Both the position numbers and the translations under genes were made by a program. The notes under the pieces are model-generated. The model did no database searches and was not told the origin of the DNA. It saw only the letters and a list, made by a program, of their open reading frames with translations. Shown in pieces: positions 11,226 to 24,951 of a stretch of 32,003 bases of DNA. Source of the DNA: Octopus bimaculoides (Eukaryota); the NCBI RefSeq assembly GCF_001194135.2, contig NC_068983.1, positions 52,009,823-52,041,825 on the forward strand. The letters are read 5' to 3'. Position 1 is the stretch's first letter. Each line of letters starts with the position of its first letter.

Positions 11226-11771
11226 CTAAACGTGCTAATTCAGTACAATTCTACACATGACTGAAACATCAGACGAAAGTGAATTATTGGGTGTTCTTAT
11301 CTTTTTGAGAGCGGGTAGATGAAGGGTGGAAGAGTTGGGTGAAATGGGTATTGTGTGTTTTTAAGAAAAATTTTAAAACAAAATATATTTCTCACATCCG
11401 TAATGTCAGTATTTTTCTACATGGATAAAAAAAAACATTCGTAAAAAAGTTACAAATTAAGAAATTGCGGCGGGGATGAGGAAAACTAAAATTTTGAAAA
11501 CATGATTTCTGGGCACAATCGTATTAACTCTGTTTTATACGATGAAACAATACATGGTTTGTAATCCGTCTGAAGAACAAAAAGTACTTTCATGCAAATC
11601 CGTACAAGTTGTACACTCTTCGCCTTTCGCTTTTAAAGAAACAATAACTTCCTATTACGCCAGTAATTCAGTTCACAATATATCAGATGCGCTGATTCTG
11701 CCCAAAGGAAAGGAACAAATAATACAATCTGGTTGTAAGTCATAACATCCGGCCAACGCTGGGATGCAATG

Positions 11772-11773
<2 letters not shown>

Positions 11774-11811
<38 letters not shown>
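11774..11811. repeat. (TC)n microsatellite
   Basis: Perfect TC run. Confidence 0.95.
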
Positions 11812-11816
<5 letters not shown>

Positions 11817-11935
11817 ATATAGGGAGAATTCACAAAAACAAAACACAAGACGAAGATAGGTGATGTAGACAACAAACAGATGTATTAGTTTAACGCTCGG
11901 GAAGTGAAAAAGCCTTTAATGTTTCGAATCTACGC

Positions 11936-12048
<113 letters not shown>

Positions 12049-12468
12049 GTCTAAACAAATGAAGTAAAGTATGGATCTACATTTAAACGTGTTTGAGCAA
12101 AAAAGTCTTGATGAGCGTTCACTTGATGGACCATGTATATTGTTATTAGTAAAGAGAGTATAGTACCTGAGTATTCCACTACGTTATATAATCTGAAAGG
12201 TTAATAGCTGTAACACAACCCGAAAAGGTTGAGGATTTAAGATATACGTTCAAGAGAGAGAGAGGGGAGGACAGATGGAGACAAAGAGATGAACAGTCAG
12301 ACAATGGATTGGAAATGAGAGTATCCGATTTTAGTTCTGGATTGTCCCTGATATTTATTGATCCCAAAAATCATAGATAAAAATCATATTTGATTTCAAT
12401 ATGACTTGGAATTATAGTGCAGAGAGCCACGACTGATTCCGGTCGTTCTTTGTATTGCTCCATTTGTT

Positions 12469-12500
<32 letters not shown>
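12469..12500. repeat. (CTA)n microsatellite
   Basis: About 10 CTA units. Confidence 0.9.
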
Positions 12501-12501
<1 letters not shown>

Positions 12502-14159
12502 TGATTACTGTCATTGTAACATACTCTTACCACTTCTGCTGCTCCTGCTTCATTCATGATGAGTGGAAATATAAAGTGTGTAAAATAGGTTTACTTTCAT
12601 TGAAGAGCGCCCTGTCATTTTAAGGAAATGTAACGAAAATTGTGCTGTTGCGCTTGTTTTGTCAGTGAAGTATTTCCTCTGTTGATATCCTAATCTCTGA
12701 AGCTGTATACGTGCAGCTCAGATAGTACCATTGGAACAATTGGTCATGGAGTTCTAAGTGGTCAGCACACAATCAGTTTTGAGTGCTCCGAAGTACAAAT
12801 TTCTTTTGAACACTCATCTTCATATACAACGTTAACTTGTTTGTTATACCATCACAAATGTTCTCTTCTCCGCAGGATATACCACCTTTGAATCTTCTCC
12901 AAACCTTCCCCATAATGAAATGGAGTCGAATATCTAGCCCTGAAGTTATTCAACGTATTGATAGAAGCAACGAGGCAGAGAATCCGATGCATATGAGCTT
13001 TATCCACAAGATTTTGCGGAAGAAATCTATTGTGAACTGAAACGTGTTCAATGGACGCAGCCAGATAAAGTCACTTTGATATCCAAATGTCATGTCCTTT
13101 CATCCGTGAAAAGCATTAACTTGAGGCTTCTAACTTACAACAGACCGACGTTATATGTCGTTCGCTCATATTCTGGCAATATTTCATTCTCTATGACATT
13201 ATTTAGTTCTCTGTCATCTTAATGATATAAATAAAGCTGCATTGCACAATTATCAATGGGACGAGCATCAATACTGACATGTATCCTAATTATTTCTGCA
13301 AGGGAATTAAGAAACCCTAATTCAGAAATATAAGCAATCTCAAGATAAGATCCTTATTTTAGAACAACAGAAATAACTGCTCAATTCGGTTTATTTTGAG
13401 AGAAAGCAGTATCACACCCGAACAATAAGGAAATGGTACGCTGTTTTTTCCGATATTGTCCGAAGACAAAGCTGCCTTGGATGTTGTGAGAAATATATAA
13501 TTCAGGAAAGACGTCTGGATCTATCTAATGGACAGTGGTGTCTAAAATATGAGGAGTATATTACCTTAGATAGGACAACAATAATACGAAGTACAATATT
13601 TCCCATGAAGTTGAAGGATTCTAGATCTGCAACTAAATCTATTTTGTCCTAGCTGGCTTGAATTTAGTGATGAACATCACACAGGAGCAAATAATTTTCC
13701 TTATGGACATTAGAGAGATAGATACGCGAAAACCAGAGATGTTTGAGGACAGCAAATTCTCAACATCTTTTAGAATTAACTAATGAGTTCACAATTGTAG
13801 GGTTACAACGGGCGTTAGACTGATATACTGATTAACTATATAAGACACGATGGGTACTGAGACATTACCAATTACTGTTAATGGTGATATTGAACGCTGC
13901 TGGGTGCTATACATATGGAAATTGTATAAATCTTTGTTACGCCAATCAACAATTTGAGAAGAGAATGTTCAACAGCGTAAGCTGCTCAATTTGCACAAGA
14001 ATTAAACATACAGACAGACATAGATACAGATATGTTTGTATGTGCGTGTAGATACACACAACAAAACACAAACATTGATAAATACATGTTTATGTATCAA
14101 CGTGCATGTGTTTTGTTTGGGATATATCTCAGCCTTCCAGTGCAGAATTCAAGACGGTG

Positions 14160-14402
14160 AGCAACATACACACACACAAACACACACATACATACATACA
14201 CATACACACACACCGCACATGTATATATATGCATGTATTGGTATATAGATATATATGCACATACACATATACCTATAAATATTCAATACTTATAGATATG
14301 TATAGAAATACAGATACGTGCGGATGCACAGACATACACATACACGCATGAACACGTATGTATATGTATATGTGGGTATATATGTCCACACACACACACA
14401 CC

Positions 14403-14458
<56 letters not shown>

Positions 14459-14460
14459 GG
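14160..14460. repeat. Compound (CA)/(TA) low-complexity region
   Basis: Interleaved CA, TA and TACA runs. Confidence 0.85.
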
Positions 14461-15102
14461 AGGTAATCTAAATTATATAAAACCAAACATTCGTATTGAT
14501 AGTATTGATTTGTATATATCCTCGTTCAGTGAAATCGATACTCCTCGCTTCACTGTTGTACTGATATGGATACTGTGTGTGTGTGTAGGTGTGCACATGT
14601 GCGTATTCGTCTGTGTCTGAGTGTACGCCAATATGCATGCACATGAGCATGAGTGTGTCTATGTGCGTGTGCATGTGTGTGTGTACGAAGAAAACTACTA
14701 AAACGACTATCGATTATATATTTCAAAAGAATAATCGGCCAAGGAATAACTCCTCCATTAACCAGCATTGCATGGAAATGTGTCAGTCTGAAAGTCAAAG
14801 AACCTTTCTAGCGTATGTAAATATTTCGAGGAACCTTGTTGTAACGGATGCAGAATTAATTTGGCAAGATATCAAGTTTGTTGTTTTCTTCTGCTGCCAC
14901 CCGTTTAATCCAACTAAGTGACGTTAATGTCCATGTGTTCTTTATTGTCGGCTGCTGATAGCAATGTGTCCAGAATTTTCATTAGCATCATATTCGTTGC
15001 TTGATGTGAAGCAGCGATTTATCAGCTTCTTTCCATATATATATGAGTGTGTGTGTGTGTGTGTTTGTATGTATGTATGTATGTATAAATACACATATAC
15101 AT

Positions 15103-15141
<39 letters not shown>

Positions 15142-15382
15142 NNNNNNNNNNNNNNNNNNNNNNNNNNNNNNNNNNNNNNNNNNNNNNNNNNNNNNNNNNN
15201 NNNNNNNNNNNNNNNNNNNNNNNNNNNNNNNNNNNNNNNNNNNNNNNNNNNNNNNNNNNNNNNNNNNNNNNNNNNNNNNNNNNNNNNNNNNNNNNNNNNN
15301 NNNNNNNNNNNNNNNNNNNNNNNNNNNNNNNNNNNNNNNNNNNNNNNNNNNNNNNNNNNNNNNNNNNNNNNNNNNNNNNNNN
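15142..15382. other. Assembly gap (241 N) inside a (TA)n tract
   Basis: N run with TA repeats on both sides. Confidence 1.
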
Positions 15383-15445
<63 letters not shown>

Positions 15446-16344
15446 CTATAAATATTATATATATACTTACATAAATGTATATTTATATATATCCTTATAT
15501 ATATTTATACCCCTTCATATATATGCACATATACATAAGCATTATTTAAAACTATATGTATAATGTTTAATATATATAGTTACATACAAATGTTTATGTG
15601 TGTGTGTGTGTTTGTGTCTATAAATAAATACATATGCATACACAGATTCTATATACCCACATACATATGCAAGTAAAAGTTTTTGCTTCTACATATGTGA
15701 TTCTACATACACACACATGTGTGTGTCTTGTTTGTGTATATACATACATGTATAGTTGTATCTAGAAGAAACTCTTATTCACTCTTAGCAAAACACGCAT
15801 ATACATATAACGATGCGCACATACAGTTCTTTGTTTAAATAATAGTGACACAACTGTTTTAGTTATTTAAAAAACATTATTTACAAAAATAAAAACAATA
15901 TCAAGTATATTAAACCAAATCAAAATATATTGATACATTACTAAAGAATATAAAAACAAAGCCATTAAATTCTTGAAGAGCAATCTTTGAACTACTATGG
16001 GAATATGAACATCGGTGACAGTGTTGGTAGGTGATAGAATAAGAGTTTTTTTTATCGTTACACAGTAGTTTGTATTTAAGCATGCTGGTTTATCTTTCGG
16101 ACTTTTTATGTGAACATTGTGTATAAACGTGTCACTTTAAGACTAGAAGACAGTTTTAGAGATATAAAAATGTTTGTCCATGTCTCTGTTTTATTATATT
16201 TTCTACTCGCAACCTATCGTGCTTTCTCTCCCTCTCTCCCAACTATCTCTCCCCCTCTGTTTTTCTCGTTATATACATATATATATATATATATCTGTAT
16301 GTAATATATATGTCAAAATATGCAACAAAGATATCCAGAGGTAA

Positions 16345-16430
16345 TGTAGTACGATCGTTTCGCGCAACTCCATTTAATTGAACAATGAAAACATTACATC
16401 AATTTAAATGCAGAGCAAACCTCAGCTGCA
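16345..16430 (-). ncRNA. Hammerhead motif, partly degenerate inverted copy
   Basis: Minus strand: UGCAG-CUGAGGU...GCGC-GAAAC-GAUC-GUA-CUACA; A9 is replaced by U, stem I has one mismatch, and the loop is the palindrome GAUC. Confidence 0.55.
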
Positions 16431-16655
16431 CAAAGACATAGAATTTAATCAAATTAAAACAGATGGACACAATATAATTTTACCTAAAATTTCCAAGAAG
16501 TTAAGGAAATTGCTTCTAAGTGGAAGGTAACGAGAAGCTTCTAAGTCGAAGTGAAGACAGAATGTTCTTTGTCTATCTCCTTAACTTCTTGGAGATTTTA
16601 GGTAAAATTATACTAATGTGTCTACCTCTTTTAATTTTATTAAATTCTGTCTCTG

Positions 16656-16741
16656 TGCAGCTGAGGATTGCTCTACATTTAAATTGATGTAATGGTTGCA
16701 TTGTTCAATTAAATGGAGTTGCGTGAAACCATTGTACTGCA
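16656..16741 (+). ncRNA. Hammerhead motif, partly degenerate
   Basis: UGCAG, CUGAGGA(16661-67), long stem II (CAUUUAA.UUGA/UCAAUUAAAUG), GAAA(16725-28), C-CAUU-GUA, CUGCA. The stem II closing pair is U-U and the loop is not palindromic. Confidence 0.55.
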
Positions 16742-16856
16742 TTACCTCTGGATATCCGTGTTACTTATTTTGATTCTAATCACCTTATTTTGAAATTGTG
16801 TGGAAAATACCGAACTAAACTCTGGTGCCTCCCCTTAAGTACCATATTCATCTGAA

Positions 16857-17527
16857 NNNNNNNNNNNNNNNNNNNNNNNNNNNNNNNNNNNNNNNNNNNN
16901 NNNNNNNNNNNNNNNNNNNNNNNNNNNNNNNNNNNNNNNNNNNNNNNNNNNNNNNNNNNNNNNNNNNNNNNNNNNNNNNNNNNNNNNNNNNNNNNNNNNN
17001 NNNNNNNNNNNNNNNNNNNNNNNNNNNNNNNNNNNNNNNNNNNNNNNNNNNNNNNNNNNNNNNNNNNNNNNNNNNNNNNNNNNNNNNNNNNNNNNNNNNN
17101 NNNNNNNNNNNNNNNNNNNNNNNNNNNNNNNNNNNNNNNNNNNNNNNNNNNNNNNNNNNNNNNNNNNNNNNNNNNNNNNNNNNNNNNNNNNNNNNNNNNN
17201 NNNNNNNNNNNNNNNNNNNNNNNNNNNNNNNNNNNNNNNNNNNNNNNNNNNNNNNNNNNNNNNNNNNNNNNNNNNNNNNNNNNNNNNNNNNNNNNNNNNN
17301 NNNNNNNNNNNNNNNNNNNNNNNNNNNNNNNNNNNNNNNNNNNNNNNNNNNNNNNNNNNNNNNNNNNNNNNNNNNNNNNNNNNNNNNNNNNNNNNNNNNN
17401 NNNNNNNNNNNNNNNNNNNNNNNNNNNNNNNNNNNNNNNNNNNNNNNNNNNNNNNNNNNNNNNNNNNNNNNNNNNNNNNNNNNNNNNNNNNNNNNNNNNN
17501 NNNNNNNNNNNNNNNNNNNNNNNNNNN
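16857..17527. other. Assembly gap (671 N)
   Basis: N run. Confidence 1.
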
Positions 17528-17578
<51 letters not shown>

Positions 17579-18080
17579 CATATTTATATAAACATATATA
17601 TACACACATGTATATAAACACACCCACACATATCAACATATATATGTACACATATACATGTACACATATACATGTACACATATACATGTACACATACACA
17701 CATACAGACACCCATACATATGCATATATACAATACACATATACATACACATGTACACATACTCACACATATGCACACACAAATACACGTACATTTATAT
17801 ACATACATACATATATATATTTATGTATATATATATATGCATATGTATATATATACACACACATACATACATATATATATATATACATACATATACTCGG
17901 ACATATATACGCACATATGTATGTACCTGCATACACTTTCATACATACACGCGTGAGAAGGTGCACATCCATACAGACCTATATTCTTATTTTCTTATGT
18001 AAATATACATACATATCTGCGCACACATATGCATATATGCACGCACCTATAGATACCTCCACTTATATATGCACATGCGT
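17528..18080. repeat. Long compound TA/CA (TACA, TATACA) low-complexity tract
   Basis: Source of the spurious YIYT/HTHT ORFs. Confidence 0.9.
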
Positions 18081-20500
18081 ACATAAGATAGTACAAAAAG
18101 AGTGTACAATCATAGGTGGATATAAGTGTCATCAAAAAACTGGATTAGATATTTTACTTTCAATGGTCCCAGATGAGTTTAACTTCATAGCAGGAAGTGC
18201 GAGTGAAGGCAGCGGTGTCAGATTTTGTCATGCATCGAATGTCAATTTTCAAAGGAATTAGCGAAGTAGAAAATATTATGTCGCAAAATCAAATGGTGGT
18301 GCCACGGCGTGGTCACAGTTCGTGAGCTCAAAATAGTTCACTTCAATTCACTTCATATATACTTTTCCTTATTCAAACCGTGTTTCGTTAGTGTCTTTCT
18401 ATGTATTGTCGAGATGGTGTTCTGGTTGTTGTGGTATCATTTTTGTTCAGTTTTGGCTGATGTTTTCGAATAAATTATTCCTCCTTGTCCTTACGAAAAT
18501 GTTCAATTTTAAATCTATTTATTATGGGATTTTTCTCCTTCACTACCTTCGCATATTTTTCGCACAAACCCTACTATTTCATTTGAGAATCTTACCTACT
18601 TAAGCTACACTCTCTCTACTTAACTGTAGATTGATGGAAGAGAACAGTTTTCGTTAGTCTTTTGAACTGGCCAAGCATTCTTTACGCATCTATTATTGAG
18701 AATGTAAGAAATTCTTCCCGGTTTCTCCTAGTGAATTTTTTTCGAGAAGAAACATAACGAAACAAATAAAAGGTACCCGAGTAGCAGCAACACCGAACAC
18801 CTAGGTAATAACGTAGTTACGCAACTACGTTTGAAATATGTTGTACGTAATTACCAACAACATTCTGTTACCTACTAATATATACATTCACATAAATATA
18901 CTGAGAACATATATATACACATAAATGTAAATATATATGCAAGAGTTACGGAATGGATTAGATAAGATCCGGGCTACATATGTTTCATAGCGAGCGGAAC
19001 CTCAGAAGTGGTAAGTATACAAGGGAGGTGCATACCGCAGTCTACTCTTCAAGACAAGGATATTTTGATTAAATAGAATATATTGCCGCAGGAAGGTACA
19101 CGTTAACGCATGGAAGATTCACTCAGAATGTATAGAAAGCACAAACATACACACATATAGATCTGAAGAAGGTAAGGACGGGGAAAGATGACAAGTCGGA
19201 AGGGCCACGTGATAACAAATGATGTAATAACTTAATGCTTAAAAAGAAAGGAATGAATCTTGACGTTTCGAAAGCTAGCATTGTATCATATATTTCGAAA
19301 GTCTAATCGTTTAACTTATGTATCTGTCCTGTTTTCGTAATATATCCAGTGGAATCTAGATTCCTGTATTAGTTTCTGTCTTTCTTTTTCCTATTAATAA
19401 ACCTTTCATATCCAATATTCTAGATTTTTCATGGAATTTTATACACGTCTTTATGATCTGATGTTTATCTATAGCAGTTTGTTTCATGCTCTGTACTGGA
19501 ATGCGATGTGACATGATTTGTTGTAGTCAAATGATTAGAAATTATCATATCGCAGATTTAAAATTTCGAATTATGAGAATTTTACGATTTACTTTCTTAC
19601 ACTCAACGGAGTATTAGTATAGTAGTCATATTAAGCTTGTTCTGTAACTTTCTGCCGTTCGGTTACTCAATGATTTAAAGGATTATAATCCTGGTGCTTA
19701 TTGATATATTTCCAATATTCGTATATGACTGCATTAGATTTTGTTAAATGGGAAACAACAGAATTACTCACCGACATTTTGAATAAACAAACGCACTGAA
19801 TTATTAAACAAGGGAATGCAATCATCAAGCAACATATACTGCATGTATGCATAATTTGTTTGGCAAAAATGCTTCATAAACTTGACCACATTTCCAGTAT
19901 TGATACAGAATGCTCCATTATGAATGTTTTTGCGGTCAAAACTACAGGCATAATTTTAGAAAAGATTTACATATAATAGCATTGGAGAGGACAAGCAGAC
20001 CAAAACCAACGTTCTTAAAACATTTCTGTTAATCTATGACATTGCGGTTAATATCTATACTCCATAAAACAACCTGTGCAATCAATAACATAGATTAACC
20101 ACTAGTACTTGACCCATGGCCTGATTTGTACCTACCGTTTCAATACGCATTAAGCATTGAAAGCAATACAATTCCTATCGTACAATCTTGAATCACTGAC
20201 AATGTATTTCCTTATTCCTACATAAACTCAAACCGCCACAGCATTCCTAGAAACAAACGTAGATATAAGAGACTACATATATACAGCACTTTGGTATAAA
20301 CTAAAATTGGCCACAATAACTGCATGTGAACAGGATAAAACAAGTGTTGCTACATATAAAATATGTAGAGTGAAATACATCTTGAAAGGTACTTAAAATA
20401 AGGAAACTATGACCTCTAAAATAAGCAATGATTAGAGTGGAGAATTTTCATGGAAACGGCCGTATAAGAGTACAATGTCAAAGTTATATATACAACAGTT

Positions 20501-20891
20501 GTGAAGGCGCAATGGCTCAGTGGTTAGGCAGCGGACTCGCGGTCATAGGATCGCGGTTTCGATTCCCTGACCGGGCCTTGTGAGTGTTTATTGAGCGAAA
20601 ACACCCAAAGCTCCACGAGGTTCCGGCAGGGGATGGTGGCGAACCCTGCTGTACTTTCACGACAACTTTCTCTCACTCTTACTTCCTGTTCTGTTGTGCT
20701 TGTAATTCAAAGGGTCAGCCTTGTCACACTGTGTCACGCTGAATATCCCCGAGAACTGCGTTAAGGGTACACGTGTCTGTGGAGTGCTCAGTAACTTGCA
20801 CGTTAATTTCACGAGCAGGCTGTTCCGTTGGTCGTATCAACTGAACCCTCGTCGTCGTAAGCGACGGAGTGCCAACAACAACAACAACAAC
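20501..20891 (+). mobile_element. Full-length tRNA-derived SINE (family C) with (CAA)n tail and target-site duplication
   Basis: A box TGGCTCAGTGG, B-box-like GTTTCGATTCC, 3' hairpin CTCGTCGTCGTAAGCGACGGAG, (CAA)n tail; 13-bp TSD ATATACAACAGTT (20488-20500) / ATATGCAACAGTT (20892-20904). Confidence 0.88.
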
Positions 20892-21656
20892 ATATGCAAC
20901 AGTTAAAACTTGTCATAACACACAAAAAGTACGGAATGAGTCTATTGCAGCCAAGTTAAATAAAATCTCAGTTTGTTATAAAATATCTTACGAAATAGAA
21001 TACATATGGAATTTGTAAACATAATACTATGACATGAAACTCTTACATTGAATACGAGAATGGAACAGCTTCTCCTAGGTTGATTATTTATTTATAACAA
21101 GCAGTCCTTACATAGCAATACAATATAGAACATGAAACAGCTAAATCGAGAAACAATTATTCATCATATAAAGACTTTTGCGTATAAGTTCTAGGATATT
21201 AGCTCTGATAGATTTATTACTTGCTGAATCCACAACAGAAATCAACATAAGCATATATCAGCCACTGATACATAAACAGAGCATTAGCTTAAACCAGAAG
21301 TTGCAGTTAAACAATTACAAATTTAATGACGATCAGATGCTTATTGGACAGTTACAGAATTATCCCCACGATGCCTACTAGAGGAGTAAAATAAAGATAG
21401 CGCCACTGTCGTCATTTAATTCAGTATCTAAAATCAAAATGTTATTGAAATTCGAAACATTATTATTCTGCAATAAACGTAACGGACTATTAAAGGAATA
21501 TGGAAACACTTAAGATAATACTTAATCCAAACCACACATATCTTCAATATAACATGCAATGCGCACACGCGCAGAAAAACACGCACAAACATACACACAT
21601 AAACAAACACCAACAAACACACGCTCACACACATATAATATACGTATATATATGTA

Positions 21657-21665
21657 TATATATAA

Positions 21666-21724
<59 letters not shown>

Positions 21725-21762
21725 AATGTGTGAGCGTGTGTGCGTATGTGTGTGCGTGTGTG
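21657..21762. repeat. (TA)n-(TG)n compound microsatellite
   Basis: Direct reading. Confidence 0.9.
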
Positions 21763-21819
21763 AAAACTGTTTTGAGGCATTGATTTCTGTTATTCGTTAT
21801 GGATATCTGATTTCAATAT

Positions 21820-21890
21820 TCTTATACTAACGAGATCAACTTTAACTTCCCATCCTTTCGAGGTAAATAGGTAATATAACACACCTGGAC
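21820..21890 (+). mobile_element. Degenerate SINE family B core fragment
   Basis: GAGATCAACTTTAACTTCCCATCCTTTCGAGGTAAATAGG resembles the family B core. Confidence 0.45.
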
Positions 21891-22399
21891 GTTAAAAACT
21901 GTTCTTCTTCATTCCCTCTTTTTGTCTATTTCTGGAAGATTCGGGTGTGTTCATATCTGGAGTAGGTTGGCCGACGTCAAGTTTTCAAATAAGTATGGTA
22001 CGACTTAGGCCACGATGGTTTCTTTACACTCCATCAATGTTTGCGCGTATTTAACAAGACAAATGAGTGTGTATTTGTATTTCCTTTTCTTTCTACATCT
22101 TCATTCATTTTATGTCGTTAACGCATATCAAAATGATATAGATTAAATGGGATTACTTCCGAAGTTTTAGTGAATGAAACAATATCTTAGAATAATTTAT
22201 AGAAAGAGTAACTTCCCAATAGCTGAATGAGATTGTCTTCGAAACACTAATCGATGTTTGTGTTTAGATTATTTAACTTGTCTCCCAGTATGAGAAGAAG
22301 GATGAAATATTTTAAAAAGAAGCAGAGTAATACCGTGCATACACTTTCAAAGCAAAGCGGAAAAGCAGTTTGCTAAACAGACAAAGAAAATGTGATAAA

Positions 22400-22660
22400 G
22401 AAATAATAGAATGACAATATGGCATTGGGACCCCGGAACGTAACGATTAGGCGCGGATATTTGCACCCTGATAGTTGTTGGGTCTGACTGTACATCCAAT
22501 CAATTTTAGTGACTCTACACTTCGACACAAGAGGTGAACACGCAGTTGCGTGCGAAAATATACACATACATATTGAGAGAGACGAAAAGGACAGACCCAA
22601 CAATTTATTAATTGGATACAATTGGCAAAACTACTCATAGACATAAAGAAATATGCTCAC
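22400..22660 (+). pseudogene. Possible ancient LINE (RTE-like) endonuclease remnant
   Basis: Stop-interrupted translation YGIGTPERND*ARI...NFSDSTLRHKR loosely resembles the AP-endonuclease YG.GERN..G.RL...NT.F.H.KR region; weak. Confidence 0.25.
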
Positions 22661-22674
22661 ACTCATAAAAGAGA

Positions 22675-22700
22675 GAGACAGAGAAGTTCAGAGAGGGAGG

Positions 22701-22770
<70 letters not shown>
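22675..22770. repeat. (GA)n microsatellite
   Basis: Long GA run with a GGGA start. Confidence 0.95.
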
Positions 22771-22771
<1 letters not shown>

Positions 22772-24951
22772 GAGCAGATATTAAATGTATGATGTCAAAT
22801 AAGAAATATGTCAACTTCAAATCAGCAACACCATATAGGCAGCGCCAAAACATATGTGCCAAAAACTTTTATACCACTCGAAAGAATATTCAGCCAAAAT
22901 ATACAATCCAAAATAACAATTGTTCAAGACTGGCAAATTTCATCACGGCTCACACGCATTAAAAGACTTATTTGGAGAAGCAAGAAATATAGAAAATCAG
23001 AGCCGTTTTCATTCCGTTTGCTCTACCAGGCAACATCGACATTTGAAGTGTGGTTAAAGTATGTGTCCAAAAAGAACTTTGGGCAAGAGATATTTATAAC
23101 GACTCTATCTTTATTCAGAATTCTTTGCTTCTTATGACAGATATTGTTTATCATCTTTGCTATTAAATGGATTGTCGTTGCAAATAAACAAGATATATGA
23201 AACTATTTACAGTATTTAGAGTCAGATTGCAATATTATGCAACTCACCGCTTTTATGTCGCATTTTCTGAAGAATATATTTTCGTGATGTTAATTCTAAA
23301 GAACCTTTCAACACAAGAATAAAGATATTTCATTTTAAAATAATAGCTTTCCCCCAAAATAGTCTGCCAAAAATGTTTTTTTTTTTTCTATTCGATAATT
23401 TAAAACGCTATTTATAAAATCACACTATTTATTTATAGTCTGCTGCAATTTTTCACCATTTAGTCATACAATTTTTCCGAATTACTTATATTTTTACGTA
23501 AAATTAATGCTTTTAGGCTGTCATACTATAGTTGATTAAATAGCAATTAACCAAATACCCAGGCAACGATAGGAAATAAACTCATTATTTTTATTTCAAC
23601 AACTAGTTACATGCTAGTTAGCCAAACTTTTCCACGAATATGTATAATGCGAGGTTTCTCATTTTGTGTTTATGTACAGCTACATATATTATCGGCAATA
23701 TATTTCCAATTCTAGAAACCGATCTATAGTTTACAACGCATATTTATCGACTACAAAGGCTTGATTAATTCTATCAACTCTTCACTTTTGATTAATTTTA
23801 TCAAGTTCCAAAGAGCAAGATAACGTATTCGATTTTGATTGAAAATAATTCGATTTGCAATTTTACGTATATTGACTTTTTTGCTTTTACTTTTCTCTCT
23901 ACATCAGACTTATTTACTTATCTGAATGAACTGCAATAGTCATGCTCCACTACAGCTATTATATCATTTGACGGAGATATATAATTACTTCATTAATAAT
24001 TGATGGTTGATTACAAAATATTTATTTATTTGCTGTAATATCATCAATGTAACAACAAAATATTATGCGTATTCTAGTAGACAATTAAATAAAAAATATC
24101 CCGCAGTAATTATCGGTCAATGGTTAAATACTTATCTAACAGAACAACTTGTGTTAAAGTAATTATAGTTATTTTCATCAGCAGGGTGCTAATTTCGTTT
24201 CCATTATCTTTTCCTTTGTTGGAAAACAAAATATAAAATATTTCACACCATGGGATATTCATCGACTTCATGTTATCTGCAGCATATTCATAATAGATAT
24301 TTCCTGAAGCAAAATAATTGCATGCCATATTTAGTTATATATTTTCCTGATTATTTATTTCGTGATTCCATTGCAAATATTAGGCTGCCAATTTTCTACA
24401 TCATTGCCCAAAGAATTATCTAGAAAGTAATGTAGCTCACAAATTAAGGTCTAGAATTTCGTATTTTATATCACTTAGAACTTTTTATAGGGTGTCCAAA
24501 TGTCATCGAGATTAACGTTTCATGGGATTAAGAGTGTATCCAAAACGCTGAGACCGTTGCTTAGTGTAGAGATGCCTTTACAACAGGTACACATCGATCA
24601 GGTACTATTGTTAAACCAGTCGGCGGATAAGTCTACAGGTTTAAAAAACACAATCTTAAAACATAGACGGACACACTGGCAAATGAAATACAAATTAATT
24701 CTAAAATTACAGAATGGATGCTACTAAAATTTATAATGTCCAGCACATAAAGAACTGTACAAATATTAACTACCAGACTTTTCATTTCCATAAAGTTACT
24801 CCTTTAAATTTTACTCCCCGTTTGTATTCTTCTCAAAACGTCTCATTACAATTACTCAAAAGGAACATTAGCCATGTCGATCTCACTTGTATCGGGTGAC
24901 CTTCTTCCTTACCAGTTTAATATCTATGACAATTGCTTCAAAATAATTTTC

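Larger units (their letters stand above)
16313..16856. mobile_element. Foldback element 2 (about 195-bp inverted arms) with hammerhead motifs, related to element 1
   Basis: 16313-16507 is the reverse complement of 16578-16773 around a 70-bp spacer that carries a direct repeat GCTTCTAAGT(G/C)GAAG; the right flank TCTGGTGCCTC...TTAAGTACCA matches the reverse complement of 6306-6337; runs into a gap. Confidence 0.8.

Noticed and set aside
12860-13220. Good splice acceptor (TTCTCTTCTCCGCAG at 12875) and nearby open frames
   Set aside because: All phases hit stops or give unrecognisable peptides, and joining it to the 11735 donor creates TGA; cannot be supported as an exon.
14036-14921. His/Thr/Tyr/Ile/Val/Cys-rich ORFs (also 5773-6048, 17584-18002, 27951-28341)
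   Set aside because: Translations of dinucleotide microsatellites.
19255-19300. Minus-strand ...TTTCGAAACGTC hammerhead-like 3' half
   Set aside because: No CUGANGA upstream and no clear stem II.
19640-19850. Stop-rich frames with lectin-like hints (also 740-900 and 31140-31420)
   Set aside because: Only isolated residues match, and stops are frequent by chance in AT-rich DNA.
20506-20580. tRNA-like sequence
   Set aside because: Anticodon and acceptor stems do not pair; it is the head of a SINE with a tail and TSD.
24487-24720. TAGGGTGTCCA similar to the MITE TIR, and a PLQQVHID peptide similar to integrase
   Set aside because: No partner TIR and no further integrase motifs; too short to call.
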